Shown: positions 12,361 through 23,425, numbered from the whole stretch's first letter. The stretch is 57,368 nt of DNA, filler included, from Circinaria calcarea (GCA_051942165.1; 7 parts of 7 records of this genome joined end to end with filler, not necessarily neighbours in it), one strand, 5' to 3'. Notes: generated by a model from the sequence alone, not told the origin. Program-made: numbers and translations.

Positions 12361-12469
12361 AAATGGGGAAATTAGCATATTGACGGCCATGACCAGTACC
12401 ACAGTAACCAAATCAGCAGCCACCACAACGAGCCAAGCTCGGGACATCACACAGGGTATGAGGGAGAAG

Positions 12470-12885
12470 TAGACCACGACGATAATGTTGACACCCTTTT
12501 CATTTCTGGTACTAGGCCTTATAGCGGCCACCACGATGAGGGCGAGGATGAAAGTGTTGACAACTCTCCAATTCCTCCTTCTGGGCCTTATGGTAGCCAC
12601 CACGATGAAGGCGAGGATAAAAGTGTTGAAAACTCTCCAAGTCCTCGTTCTGGGCCTTATGACGGCCACCACGATGAAGGCGAGGATGAAAGTGTTGACA
12701 ACTCTCCAACTCCTCGTTCTGGGCCTTATGGTGGCCACCACGATGAGGGCGAGGATGAAAATGTTGACAACTCTCCAAGTCCTTATTCTGGGCCTTATGG
12801 CGGCTACCACGATAAGAGCGAGGATAAAGATCTTCACGAATCTCCAACTCCTCGTGCTGGGTCCTATGGCGGCCGTGACGATGAG
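12470..12885 (+). repeat. ~6 x 69-nt (23-aa) acidic His-containing coding repeat, GPYGGHHDEGEDESVDNSPxPRS
   Basis: GG(C/T)C(T/C)TAT anchors at 12515, 12584, 12653, 12722, 12791, 12860. Confidence 0.92.
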
Positions 12886-13582
12886 AGCGGCCATGACGAT
12901 GAGAGCGACGATGAGGATTGCTGTGGTGGTATATTCTCTTGTTGTTGTAGTATATTCTCCTGCCTTGGCGATGACAATGGAAGTACTAGAGGGGACCATG
13001 ATCACGATCGGCATGATTATTAGGACAGTCGGCGCGGACAGGCGGGTTTAACCAAAAGGAAGCTTCCAGCGGGCGTTATGTTGGAGTTTTTGGTATGGCA
13101 ACTTCACTAATAGTAATCCAATCTGGAGCAGGCCTAGAGTCCTTTTTAATGCATGTAATAGTGGATTCATGTAAATACTTTTTGGAGAATGAAAAGATGG
13201 TACGCAGCTCACACTGAATTTCCTTTTGCTTTGCAGAATTGCTTAGACTGGCACGCTACGAAACGCACGCCGCAAAGCACCCACCAGAGCACTGCGAGCA
13301 GGGAGGGAGCCTTTGCTTTCTTGGGCCTTGCAAGGTATCTGTATGGAGTCAGGGCACGAGATTGTGTAGCATGATTCGAGCGCTGATTCCGCGTTGCTTA
13401 GAACACGGAGCAGGATTGCAAAGCAATTGATAACAGTCGGCTCCCTCCCGTAAAGTGAGGGCTTTGTGTCCAAGGCAAGTAAGCCTTGCGGAAATATAAC
13501 ATCTTTAGGAGTGGTGTCAGTTCACGGGTTCCATTCCCTGAAGCTTATATTGGCGTAAGAAACTGAGATATGCTCGAACCTT

Positions 13583-15025
13583 CTAGCGTACTCCTCCGCC
13601 CACCGTATACAGATTGTTTCTAAACAAGCTCCCTAATATTGTGCGCATATAATTACCGGTCTTCCACGTAGTCCTCTTGCGGTGGTACAAATATGACAGA
13701 ACTGCTGCCGTGGAAGCGACTGGAATAGAAATCGCCCAGTAAACCCAGAACTTGTTAGAAAGATTCCACTTGCCACTATCGATATTTTGCCTGGTAACTA
13801 CCAGGTCGAAGAGCGTAGCAATATAGCTGAACGGGATGAAGACTGCCGTAGTAAGCCCAAGAGTTCTCATGACGGAGCTGTCGGACTGAATAATCCGATT
13901 AATACTCATGGATGCGCTGGCAATGTTCTGTGCTGCCATATTGAAAGAGAGTTGTATCTCGTTCTGCAAACGATCCTTATTGGAGATTGATCGCAAGCGT
14001 AAGCCTTGGATGGCCTCGCTGTAGAAAACAAGCTGATCGTTTATGTGGTGTTGAGTAATCTTGACTGTCGCGTCCGTTGTTGTTATTTCAGAGGCAAATT
14101 GATCATTATGCAATATCATGCTATCGAGAGTCCGAGCCGCAAGATCTAAGGTTTCGAGCACGTGAATTGCGTGCCTGGCGAGATCATGAATAACTGGGAA
14201 ATCTGAGCTCTGTAACGTACGTTCATGTTCTATAGATCGGACTAAGTTGCGAATTTTCCAGACGGCATTGTTCTGGAGACGGAGTACTTCCCCAGCAAGC
14301 AGTACATGGCTGAAATACGGATCGCCCAAGCTTATGGAATCGACGGCACCGGCAAAAAGAGTTGTCAGATGGTCTTTCATAGTTGGACTAGCATCGAACA
14401 CGATAACGATAGTTCCTTTGGTAGAAGCATTCCATCGAGTGAAGACGTTAAGCTTAACCCACTGGTAGTCTTTGCCGTTTCCAACGAACATCTCCTTGTA
14501 GGATGTGTGAAGTGTCTGTTTGACGAGAAAGCGGAACCAGGTGTCTGTTGCCAAGTTGGTTGAGATCATCCGCATCAATCGGGAGACATACTGTATCCCT
14601 TTTGTTCCCCATCGCCTCCACCCGTGACCTCGCAACCAAAGTATCCATTGGATCGACGACACCATGGAGACCACCACACCTTAGGTATTCCGAATACCTC
14701 CGTGAAATGGCGTTTGCAAGTTAGGCAATCTCTAACTTTGTCCGCTTGAGCAAAGCTGGCATCCGTCAGTACCAAATAGTGTTCTATAAATGTGGTTGAA
14801 CTCTTTACATCAAAGTCAGCGGAATCGAGTCAATTTGTTGCGTTCGTAGGTTCTCGATCGATATTTGATTGGATTTCGGGTAGCATCCGCCTGGAACTTG
14901 GTAAACCCAATTCATTAGTCTACTGATAGAACTACCTGTACGGTAAGACGGAGATCAAAGGTCGCACCTTGTTCCATCATCACTCTCTCCAATATTGGAC
15001 AATCTTGGCAACCAAAAGGGGCCAT
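13583..15025 (-). CDS. Fungal CorA-like membrane protein (two C-terminal TM helices), multi-exon; 5' end approximate
   Basis: WW...CRRSNGYFGC, TWFRFLVK, IHDLARHAIHVLETLD, RLQNEIQLSFN, DSSVMRTLGLTTAVFIPFSYIATLF and FWVYWAISIPV; GT-AG introns near 14585-14548, 14808-14756 and 14967-14891. Confidence 0.8.
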
Positions 15026-15556
15026 CTCTATGTTAGTGAATTAGCAATAACCTAGTCTCAGCTTCACGGCTTTACTATCGTTGGAATTTGGCGTAACGAT
15101 AGCTGGCACAAGTGACAATGATGTAGAGTCAGTTTCCTCTTCTTAAGAGTAACATAGACAAGAGATGCCTTGCTTTATAGGCACCTTACGCCTCTTGGGC
15201 ACCTTTGCATCTTAGGCATCTCTCCAATCTATGTACCCTCAATTCCACCTATTATTTGATCCCAGCGCTTGGACGTAGAGGGTAAATCATACCTAATGGT
15301 CTCCGTCACCTGCATGGCGCAACGGTGGGGCGGCGCTCACTTGATGCCCGAAAAAGGGTGCAGATTGCCGTCTTCTTGTGGGAACCAATAGCCCGACGCC
15401 CCCTTTCTTTGCCCGAATATCCCTATTTCTTTGCCCCGACACCCTCCGCTTTTTTTGGTTTAGCGGCTGCTTTATGAGGTTTAGAATAACTTCTTAAATA
15501 GTAAAAGCTTTATACATACAGCAGGTAACATATGCTGCTATACCACTTTAATCTAT

Positions 15557-16050
15557 TGTAAAGGAAATCATAGGATGATCCACAGCAACCTAGGCAAGGT
15601 TTCGTGTGATTATAAGATCTGGCACCTCCGCCCGTAGTCGACTAAGCGGTGAGGTTTTGTTAGATTAGGGGTGGATCACTCGTTTAGGCCTAGTGTAGAT
15701 AGAGCTTTCCTATAGAGGATCCCATCTCGTCTGACGAATAGATCAGATATTGACTACCTCATGATCTATTAGTTATGAGCCCGGAAGTAATTCCCGTATA
15801 GTAAATTAACTGTCGTACGAAGCAATTCGCAAATACTGCCAGTTGAAGAGCATTGTATGAAACGATTAGCAAAAATGTCCACACCTGTGATCAAGACCCA
15901 AGTATTCCTCAATGAACTCAAGGGTTGGGATAAATGGCTTAGGCTACTTTAGTTTGTTGCACGAGCAGAAAATATTTGGGAATTCGAGAACCCCGCGACC
16001 CCAAAAGAGTAGCTATCTAAATTATTAAGATTTATTCGACCAATAATGTA
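15557..16050 (+). mobile_element. Decayed Ty1/copia LTR retrotransposon 5' end (putative LTR ~15557-15771, PBS, gag N-terminus)
   Basis: (A)GTTATGAGCCC PBS-like motif at 15771-15782; ATG 15875 gives MSTPVIKTQVFLNELKGWDKWLRLL*FVARAENIWEFENP (gag-like W..W...IW...P) with TAG stops; AT-rich. Confidence 0.6.
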
Positions 16051-16331
16051 AGGATCTTCTACGAATAGTATGAGGATCTTACGAAAAGGGGTCGGTAAAT
16101 TGTGTGATAATGTGCTTAATTGGTTCGTATAGCGTATAAATTATTGCTAAAGAATTCTGGTGTAATACTTCGCGAGGAAAACCTTTCTCGCTAAGCTAAT
16201 ACCTCGTGACCTCGGTATATAATTCACCCGTAGGGTTCGTAGGGTTCTCTGGTAGAGACCTCTATAGTCGGAAGGGGGAATAAGATTTACGATTACGTCG
16301 AATTCCTATTTTGCTGTTTTCCCCCCGGGGG

Positions 16332-16431
16332 NNNNNNNNNNNNNNNNNNNNNNNNNNNNNNNNNNNNNNNNNNNNTTAATTAATTAANNNNNNNNNNNNN
16401 NNNNNNNNNNNNNNNNNNNNNNNNNNNNNNN
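16332..16431. other. Artificial contig-joining linker
   Basis: N44-TTAATTAATTAA-N44. Confidence 0.98.
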
Positions 16432-16739
16432 GACAGTTATAATACTATACAATACCAGGCGTCAACGATCAACGGCGCTAACAGATCTCACAGAGTATGA
16501 TACCTTAATCACTTCCTTATTCATACTTACTAGTACGGTAGCCCGCCATGCAAAAGTTTTTGGTATGGCAAGGTTAAAATAGATAGCGGTGTCATTTTTT
16601 CAGTGGTGATGTGAGAATGGTAATGCCGAGTTGGTTGTAGGACGCTATTGTAGTAATTGTTAACGCCTGGTATCGTGGTATTATAGGGTAGGTTCTCTCC
16701 CTTTCCCTTCCCTTTCTCTTTTCCAAATTTACATATCGC

Positions 16740-16785
16740 TCTCCCGCATTCGCCTTCTCCCGCATTCGCCTCTCCCGCATTCGCC
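16740..16785. repeat. 3 x ~15-16-nt tandem repeat TCTCCCGCATTCGCC
   Basis: Directly visible. Confidence 0.85.
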
Positions 16786-17475
16786 ACTACCATCGAAACT
16801 ATAGACCGCAGCCTCTAAGCTTTCAACTTTCAACTTCCGGCTAGATAGATACCTATTACCTAAGCTAAGACCGTTTATTGGTTAGGTCTGATGGGTAATC
16901 TAGTCTCCCTTAGGGAGTTATAGAGTAGATTGTATTAGGTAGGATGGATTGGACTACGGGACTTCCGACGCGGGAGAAGGGAGTTTTTCGGCGGAAAAAA
17001 GGGGGTAAAGGGCGATGGGTCTTGACGAAGGAAGGGGTTAAGAGCCGTGCTTATTCGAGTGAGTTCCCTCCACAGTCCGCTCAACCCCACGCGGCTTGCA
17101 TGATTGGGGGGTTTATTTGGAGCAGGGCGGATGAGCAGTCCGCAGTCGGTTCGGGCCAAGGGATGGGGAGATTGGGAGATGAGTAGGAGAGTGGGGAGCA
17201 GGAGTGGGGAGTGGGAAGTGAAGAGTGGAAGGAGAAATAAATGTAGGTTCTACAGATTACAAAAAGTCGATCAAGGAGCATGCAAATGTTAAAGAACAAA
17301 GACAATGCGGGTTCATTTGCAACAGTTATGTTAGCTGCCGCCAATGACTATCGTCAAAGAATCCCCCCCCTGGCGGATATGAACAACTACGACGCGATGG
17401 TTTCCCATTTCTTCCAGTCTGGCGGATTTCCGGTTGCGAGGAGATAGAGAGTATCTCGACGTTGGAGGTAAATCT

Positions 17476-18336
17476 CTAAGCAGCCATTTTCCGTTCCAAG
17501 TCCATCATAATCTCCTTGACCTCCTGGACCCCGTTTGTCAATCTGTCGAGGCACTCGCGTAACTTGTCGCAATCCGCTGAAATCTCCGCTGGATCAGTCT
17601 TTTCTCTTCCGCCTGCCTTGGTCCCTTGAAAAGCATCCACCTTTGCATTTGATCCTTTTCCTTCCATCCTCGCCTTTAGCTTCGCCAAGGTCTCGACTCC
17701 AATACATGTTTTGGGTAAAGGTTTTATAATAACCTTCTTGACTCCCGAGACCTTTGCCATTTGCTGGATCAAAAGGGAATTCATGCCAAAGCCGAGTAAA
17801 TGATCTGACAGCCGGAAATACGCCAGTGAGAAGCGCATCTCAAGTTTTTGCAGATTGTGACCATGGGAAAATATAGCAAAGGCGTTGCCCAGGTAAGACC
17901 CTCTACCTTCATTCTCCGTGTTCAGGTTGTAGAGCTCGAGGCCGATCTCTCCGGGGTAGTAAAGAGAGAGCGGATCTTCAATGAATATGTGGATCTGCGT
18001 GATTTTGGTACGGTTTTTCCCAATTAATTGGAGCCAGATGTGGAGGTATGCGATTGCGATGGCTTGGACGCAACCACAATTTGTGCAGTAAGGCTCGTCT
18101 TCAAAGTAGAACACGTTGCTTCCGTACAACATGGCAGTTCCCTCGCGATGAATCTGCACGCAAGTTCTCAAGAATGGAATACTGTCGGCGAAGACCCGAA
18201 TTGGTCTTCCTTCACTTGCGCCGATAGTGTAAATGGCATCTAAGGGATCAATTTCTATCCGGCCCTTGGAGTGTAGGAGATAGCGATAGACTTCTGTGCG
18301 AAGTTCAGCCGGTAAATCAAGAAATGGGAAAGGCAT
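17476..18336 (-). CDS. Fungal F-box-like protein, paralog 1
   Basis: PFLDLPAELRTEVYRYLL N-terminus, FLRTCVQIHREGTAMLYGSNVFYF, WLQLIGKNR; C-terminal coiled coil. Confidence 0.85.
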   Translation of the reverse strand: MPFPFLDLPAELRTEVYRYLLHSKGRIEIDPLDAIYTIGASEGRPIRVFADSIPFLRTCVQIHREGTAMLYGSNVFYFEDEPYCTNCGCVQAIAIAYLHIWLQLIGKNRTKITQIHIFIEDPLSLYYPGEIGLELYNLNTENEGRGSYLGNAFAIFSHGHNLQKLEMRFSLAYFRLSDHLLGFGMNSLLIQQMAKVSGVKKVIIKPLPKTCIGVETLAKLKARMEGKGSNAKVDAFQGTKAGGREKTDPAEISADCDKLRECLDRLTNGVQEVKEIMMDLERKMAA

Positions 18337-19823
18337 CGTTAGATGAGAAGCTAGAGGGTGTCAGTCAGAATTGTGCCAGAGAATGAAATCAGCAAATAAA
18401 GCTCCGAGTGTGAAGTTACATACGTCTGCTGCTTCGGCTAGCTCTGTGGTTGGTCAAGTGATGTTCAATCTGATGTACCTTGCTTTAGAATCACGACTTA
18501 TCAATCATGAACTAATGTGAACATCGGCTGATGTTGTGGGAGAGGGACCATTGCAGATAAGCAACGCTGATCATCAAGCAGATTGGAGGTCTTGATATGT
18601 AACTTCTTCCAATACTATCCATAGATCACTCAACCATGCTTGATGTGATAATGTAGGAATGAACTGCTAGCGGACGATCACAACCTGGATGAGTTGACAT
18701 CATGCGAGTGATTGTCTCCGTCATATCTTACTAAGTTCTTTGCTCCCTAAAGTTATGCATGACCCTTACACAGCACTAGCTACCGAGGTCTATCTGGTGC
18801 AAGCTCGAGGGATTTGGTGAGAGGTAAACCCGAGGACAACTAAGGAGATTTATATCCATGTGAAGAACTGGTAAGCCACGTGAGAATTCCGAACTACCTC
18901 CTTCTGATAGTAAGCTCGCTCAGGAAAAGGTCTAGGCCTTGGCTAGGTAGATATAGAACTTCGTGATCCATAGATAAGGGAGTACTTGTGCAGAAACCAC
19001 GAAGATCAAGGAGAATATATTCTTCTCATTGCACGAATTCTTCCGTATGTATTATATGTGCATGCGATAGTAGAGTGATGAAATCAAGACAAATAGCTGT
19101 AATAGGACCGACTGGTCGACCATGCACTCACCTGTATGGTAGCCTAGCGCTACCGTGCACCAACATCTCCATTTCTTACTTACCACCAGCGTACACACAC
19201 GATGTAGGCATAAGAAGATGGTCTGAGGGAAAATCTTTCGGGATGAGGATATGATCATGCACGGGGCGGGACAGATATTGCAGGAAATGGGTTGATTAGG
19301 GCGAGAAGACAACTGGAGAATGGATGAAGAATTGTGGGAAGGAACTATTCGCCGATATCAACACGGTTCGTAAAGTACTTTGGTAGCTCAAAGATTGTAC
19401 CAAACTAACCGTTGTAAACATGGAGGTTATCTACTAGATGAGAGTAATGTCATCTATCATATTAGCAGATTGTGTTGATGGTATCAAGGGACAATTAGTA
19501 TTGATATATTGTTAGTTTAACCCGCGGATGTTTGAGATGAATAGGCGTAGGCCAATTATTTGATTGATTTAACTGTTAAAGGACGGTTGAGGGATGAGAT
19601 GTCTAATGTCTTCCACGCGTCAGCATTATCCACCTACAACTTGCCATCCTTGTAGCTTCCTCACTTCCGTATTCCCATCCTTCTCGAGAAGGTGATCTCA
19701 AAGGTGCCCTACGTGAAAGATTGGTATACTTGAAAACGTCTGGGAGCTACTATTGCTGATGGATCTTGCTCCGGCCCTCTAGCTTCAATCTCCCAGGCAA
19801 CGGCCCCAGACTACTCCCACAGC

Positions 19824-20729
19824 TTAAATCATTCTACTCCCCATGTCCGCAATAATCGCGTTCAGTTCCATGATCCGTCTATTCTGCCTGGCGACGTTGT
19901 CTTGCAACTTTTCCCTTCATTCGGCATGAACGACAATCCTTTTTACAACCTCCTCGGTACTGACTAGATCAACAGTTGTAGATCTCGAGATGCTAGCCTG
20001 AGGATTCGGTTTCGCAGATCCTCCCTTTTCCATGCTTGATTTCAGCCTCGCCAGCCTATCGAAGCCCACCGCTGTTACTAGTAGCGGGGTAATCTTGAGG
20101 GCCTAGAGTCCTTTGATCTTAGACATCTTCTAGAGCAGGGTTGAGTTCATACCACTGCTATAAAAAAGCTCTTGTACATGGCCGTCTGCTCTAGAAAGGT
20201 CCAATTCCAGCTTCTGGAGATTGTGATCCAGCGACAATAGTTCGAACGCCTTCCCCAAATGTGGCCCATCGTACGAGAGAAGGCCTGCCCAAATCTCCTT
20301 TAAATATCCTCTCTCCGCTGGAAAAAATAGGAAGCAGGGGTTACGTATGCTGATATAGAGTTTTTTTAGTTTCATGCGGTTGTTTCCAATGCTGTAAAGC
20401 CACGAATAGAGATAGGTGGCCTGGCTCTTTCCGAGACAGTCACATTGGACCATCCACCTCGTGCGATCACGAGAACAATCTTCAAAGTAAAATGTGTTGC
20501 TGCCATAAAGGATGACTGTACCCTCTGAATGCGTTTGCGAACACACTCTCAAGAGTGGTATGCTGTCCGCAAAAATGAGGGATCTGTCTTCATTGAAGGT
20601 TGATTCTGGACAAAATGTACAACTAGCATGAACTGCAACGCATTCATTAAAAAACAAGCACCGATAGACTTTGGTCCGTAGCTCCAGAGGTAGGTCCAGG
20701 AACCGGAGAGGCATAGCTGATATAAACAT
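19824..20729 (-). pseudogene. F-box-like paralog 2 with premature stops
   Basis: RFLDLPLELRTKVYRCLF...LLRVCSQTHSEGTVILYGSNTFYF; the frame continues MNSTLL*KMSKIKGL*ALKITP...E*REKLQ...MI*, aligning to paralog 1; stops at 20130-32, 20103-05, 19917-19. Confidence 0.8.
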
Positions 20730-22528
20730 TAATCGCTGTTAGCAAAGACCGAACGAACCATCAGTGATCGCAGAGTCCTGGAAGAACTTACGGTAGATAT
20801 GGAAGCAAAAAACCCTAGAGATCAACAGCTTCGTCGGGGAGGCTATGATGGACTGGAAGTCCGGTTTCCAATTGACTGAGGATCAAGGATATCCAACAGC
20901 TTTGCTTCTTCCCCAACAACTTTGCCACCGCTGTATGTTTCCTCCTCCGATATCACTGTTGGGTCACTACGGGCGTGGACGATAAAATCCTCTGTAACGG
21001 AGTACCTATCCAACATGGAGCACAGTATGAGGATCAGGCAACTTAAACAGCTTTGATCTTGTAGGCGACCTTCTCACCGATTGTCACCTATATGCTAAGT
21101 GAAGTCAAAAGCATGGCTGCCTTGAAGTCTCGTTGTTATCGATGATCCCAGTAGCCGGTACTGGGTGTTCGCGTTTGATACGTAACTGTGATCGAGAGCA
21201 AGTCTCCAACTTCCTATTCGGGCACTCTTAATGCATTGAAAGGTCGTACTCACTCTTTATCTGCCTTGATAGAGTAGAAGTTGTCGACTTATTGTTCATA
21301 GCGGTCTACATAGGTGAAGCTCTCGCAACCGGCCCCGTCTTTTATGCGTTTATCTGCAATATATTGAAGATAGTCCATAAAATCTCTACGTATGTTATGC
21401 ACCACCATCAAGTATGATACCACCACCAACCTAGCTAGCGGAGACTGAGAAGCCAGACAACCTCTCGTGGCAGCCATACTACAAGCTAGGAAGAAATCGA
21501 TCAAAGGATGTCTCCTGCCTTTTATAAGCCCATGAGGGACAGCATAATTCATGGGGTGCGAGCAGATAGCCGGTCTAATATATGAGGTACGTTTTCTTCC
21601 GGAGGAGTGAATAATCGGAGAATTTGGGATGGGAAATTCAGGACATCGAAGGTATACTCCGTTTAACAGGATTTGAGTTGGTGCCTTTTTTTCTTTGTGC
21701 TGAGAATATATTGGAAAGCTGAATATTCGGAGTGGATTAAATTACACTTCATGAACGAACCTATAAAATGCCATGTACCATGGTGTAAAAGCGCCTACAT
21801 ATGTTAGAGAAGAGGGAAAAGTTATAAAAACATGTCTGTGAATTTTTTGTGTTGACAATGCATTGCATATCTGGTCTTGCTTTCCATGACAGGAGCGTAT
21901 CCGGCTGAACTTGTTTGGTAACTCATGGTGTTTCAGGCTTGCACGGTCAACCGTGGTGTAGCACACATATCATTTGTTTACTCTGGAATAGGTTCTGGAC
22001 TACAGCGTCTAAAGTCCGTCAATGATGTCGTTTCCCCACAACTGCTATTCTTTTTATTCCGGAGAATTTGACAGTCTTTCACAGTGGAAGTCCACTTCAC
22101 TGGAGTTCGTGTACCAATCCATACCACCACAGCAGGATTTTCTTTGAGACTCTAGTCTGCCAGAGGCTTGCTAGACGTCTTGAGGCGTACAAGATCTTCA
22201 GTTCTGGGACGTTGAGATCCTGCCTGGCTCCCTTGATGTGCGTTTGATTGTTATCGCTCGCTCTTGGACTTACAGGAAGCAGTCTTTCTTGCTTCATCTC
22301 TCGTCAACAAAAGATACGCGATTTAGGCTACCACATGTCTCCTACGACTCGCCCCTCTTCCTCATGAGGAACAACTGATTGGAAAACAATGCAAGCATAG
22401 AAGAGCCTGAAGCAGAGGGAACTAAGGAGCACTGGTGAAGTTTGCAGACAGTATGTTCAACACGCGTGTTGCCCTCAAAGCGCTGATCGGATTAACAGGC
22501 ATCAAAGGTCTACACCAATCTCCTAAAA

Positions 22529-23425
22529 ATGAGCGGCACACTGTACGTTCTACCGCCAGAAGTGCGAAAGATGATATACACTTTGCTTTTTGTTGACAAC
22601 GGAAACATTAGTCCCCGTGTTCCATCCTTTGAAGACCTTTACCGCCACAGAGAAGGTTGGAACTTACTCTACACCTGCAAAGCCATCAACGCGGAGGCTA
22701 CTCCAATAGTGTACGGGGAGAACGTGTTCTGCTTCGATGATAACGATGATGAGGACCTTTGGGAGGAAGCGGATATGCAAACCTCCAAAGACTCCGTTGA
22801 TGCGCAATTGCAACAAATCGACGAGTCTATATACATGGGCTTGCCAGTCTGGATCTACAGAACGCTTCCGACTTGTCCCATACGGGAAATGCACGCCTGG
22901 CTCCAGAACATAGGTAAACAGAATCGACAGAGCATCCGGCAGATCAGGATTCAGTTGCAGTATCGCAATTTCTGCTATTATACTGACGAACCACAAATCT
23001 GGCTGGACGAGCATGACTATTACGAAGAGGACCTATGCCATAGTCCCGCCGGAGGTATCTTCATCGGGAAAGCAATGGAGCTTCTCTCACGTGGCCATGG
23101 TCTGAGAAGGCTCGAGATTGCGTTCTCTTGTAAGAAAGAGGGCCAGACCGATCTTTGGCAACATTTCTTCCGCGAACCGTCCATGTCACAACTGATCCAA
23201 GAATTGGCGAAACTGAAGGGGGTGGCGAGCTTTTACTGCGACACCGAACAGATTGAGAAGGACATCGCGGCAGGAAATTGGCATGTCAGAGATTTGAAAG
23301 AAGCCTTGGGGGTGTACAAGAACTTGCAAGAAGCTATGAAGTCGGCGGAACTATCCAAGAACGATGACCCACTCCCTTCGGTTGCGATGAAAACAGCGGC
23401 AAACGAGAGTGTGCTTATAAACTAG
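22529..23425 (+). CDS. Fungal F-box-like protein, paralog 3
   Basis: LYVLPPEVRKMIYTLLF, LLYTCKAINAEATPIVYGENVFCF, WLQNIGKQNR, GKAMELLSRGHGLRRLEI. Confidence 0.85.
   Translation: MSGTLYVLPPEVRKMIYTLLFVDNGNISPRVPSFEDLYRHREGWNLLYTCKAINAEATPIVYGENVFCFDDNDDEDLWEEADMQTSKDSVDAQLQQIDESIYMGLPVWIYRTLPTCPIREMHAWLQNIGKQNRQSIRQIRIQLQYRNFCYYTDEPQIWLDEHDYYEEDLCHSPAGGIFIGKAMELLSRGHGLRRLEIAFSCKKEGQTDLWQHFFREPSMSQLIQELAKLKGVASFYCDTEQIEKDIAAGNWHVRDLKEALGVYKNLQEAMKSAELSKNDDPLPSVAMKTAANESVLIN

Larger units (their letters stand above)
11611..13023 (+). pseudogene. Stop-interrupted in-frame C-terminal extension of the PNP_UDP gene (three repeat arrays plus Cys-rich tail)
   Basis: Same frame as 10639; the only stops are TAA 11608, TAG 11701, TAG 12373 and terminal TAG 13021. 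TTC TAG CAG at 11698 corresponds to TTC CAG CAG in the other repeat copies. Confidence 0.8.

Noticed and set aside
11701..12375. A-to-I editing of premature UAG codons
   Set aside because: Editing gives UGG (Trp), whereas the sister repeat copies show CAG (Gln) at the 11701 position
12470..12885. CRISPR array
   Set aside because: Whole units are similar with no unique spacers, the period is a multiple of 3, and the context is eukaryotic with no cas genes
12358..13051. Hydrophobic multi-TM repeat proteins (12485-13051+, 12358-13014-)
   Set aside because: Most simply shadow frames of the 69-nt repeat; the hydrophilic frame is continuous with the upstream gene
18730..19450. Possible decayed + strand gene between the F-box-like paralogs
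   Set aside because: Only short stop-ridden fragments, with no recognisable motif
10639..20729. TAA/TAG reassigned to Gln (alternative genetic code)
   Set aside because: Conserved genes (RPL19, chitin synthase, KSP1, aminotransferase) have no internal TAR codons and terminate at TAG/TAA; C>T mutation explains the interrupted genes
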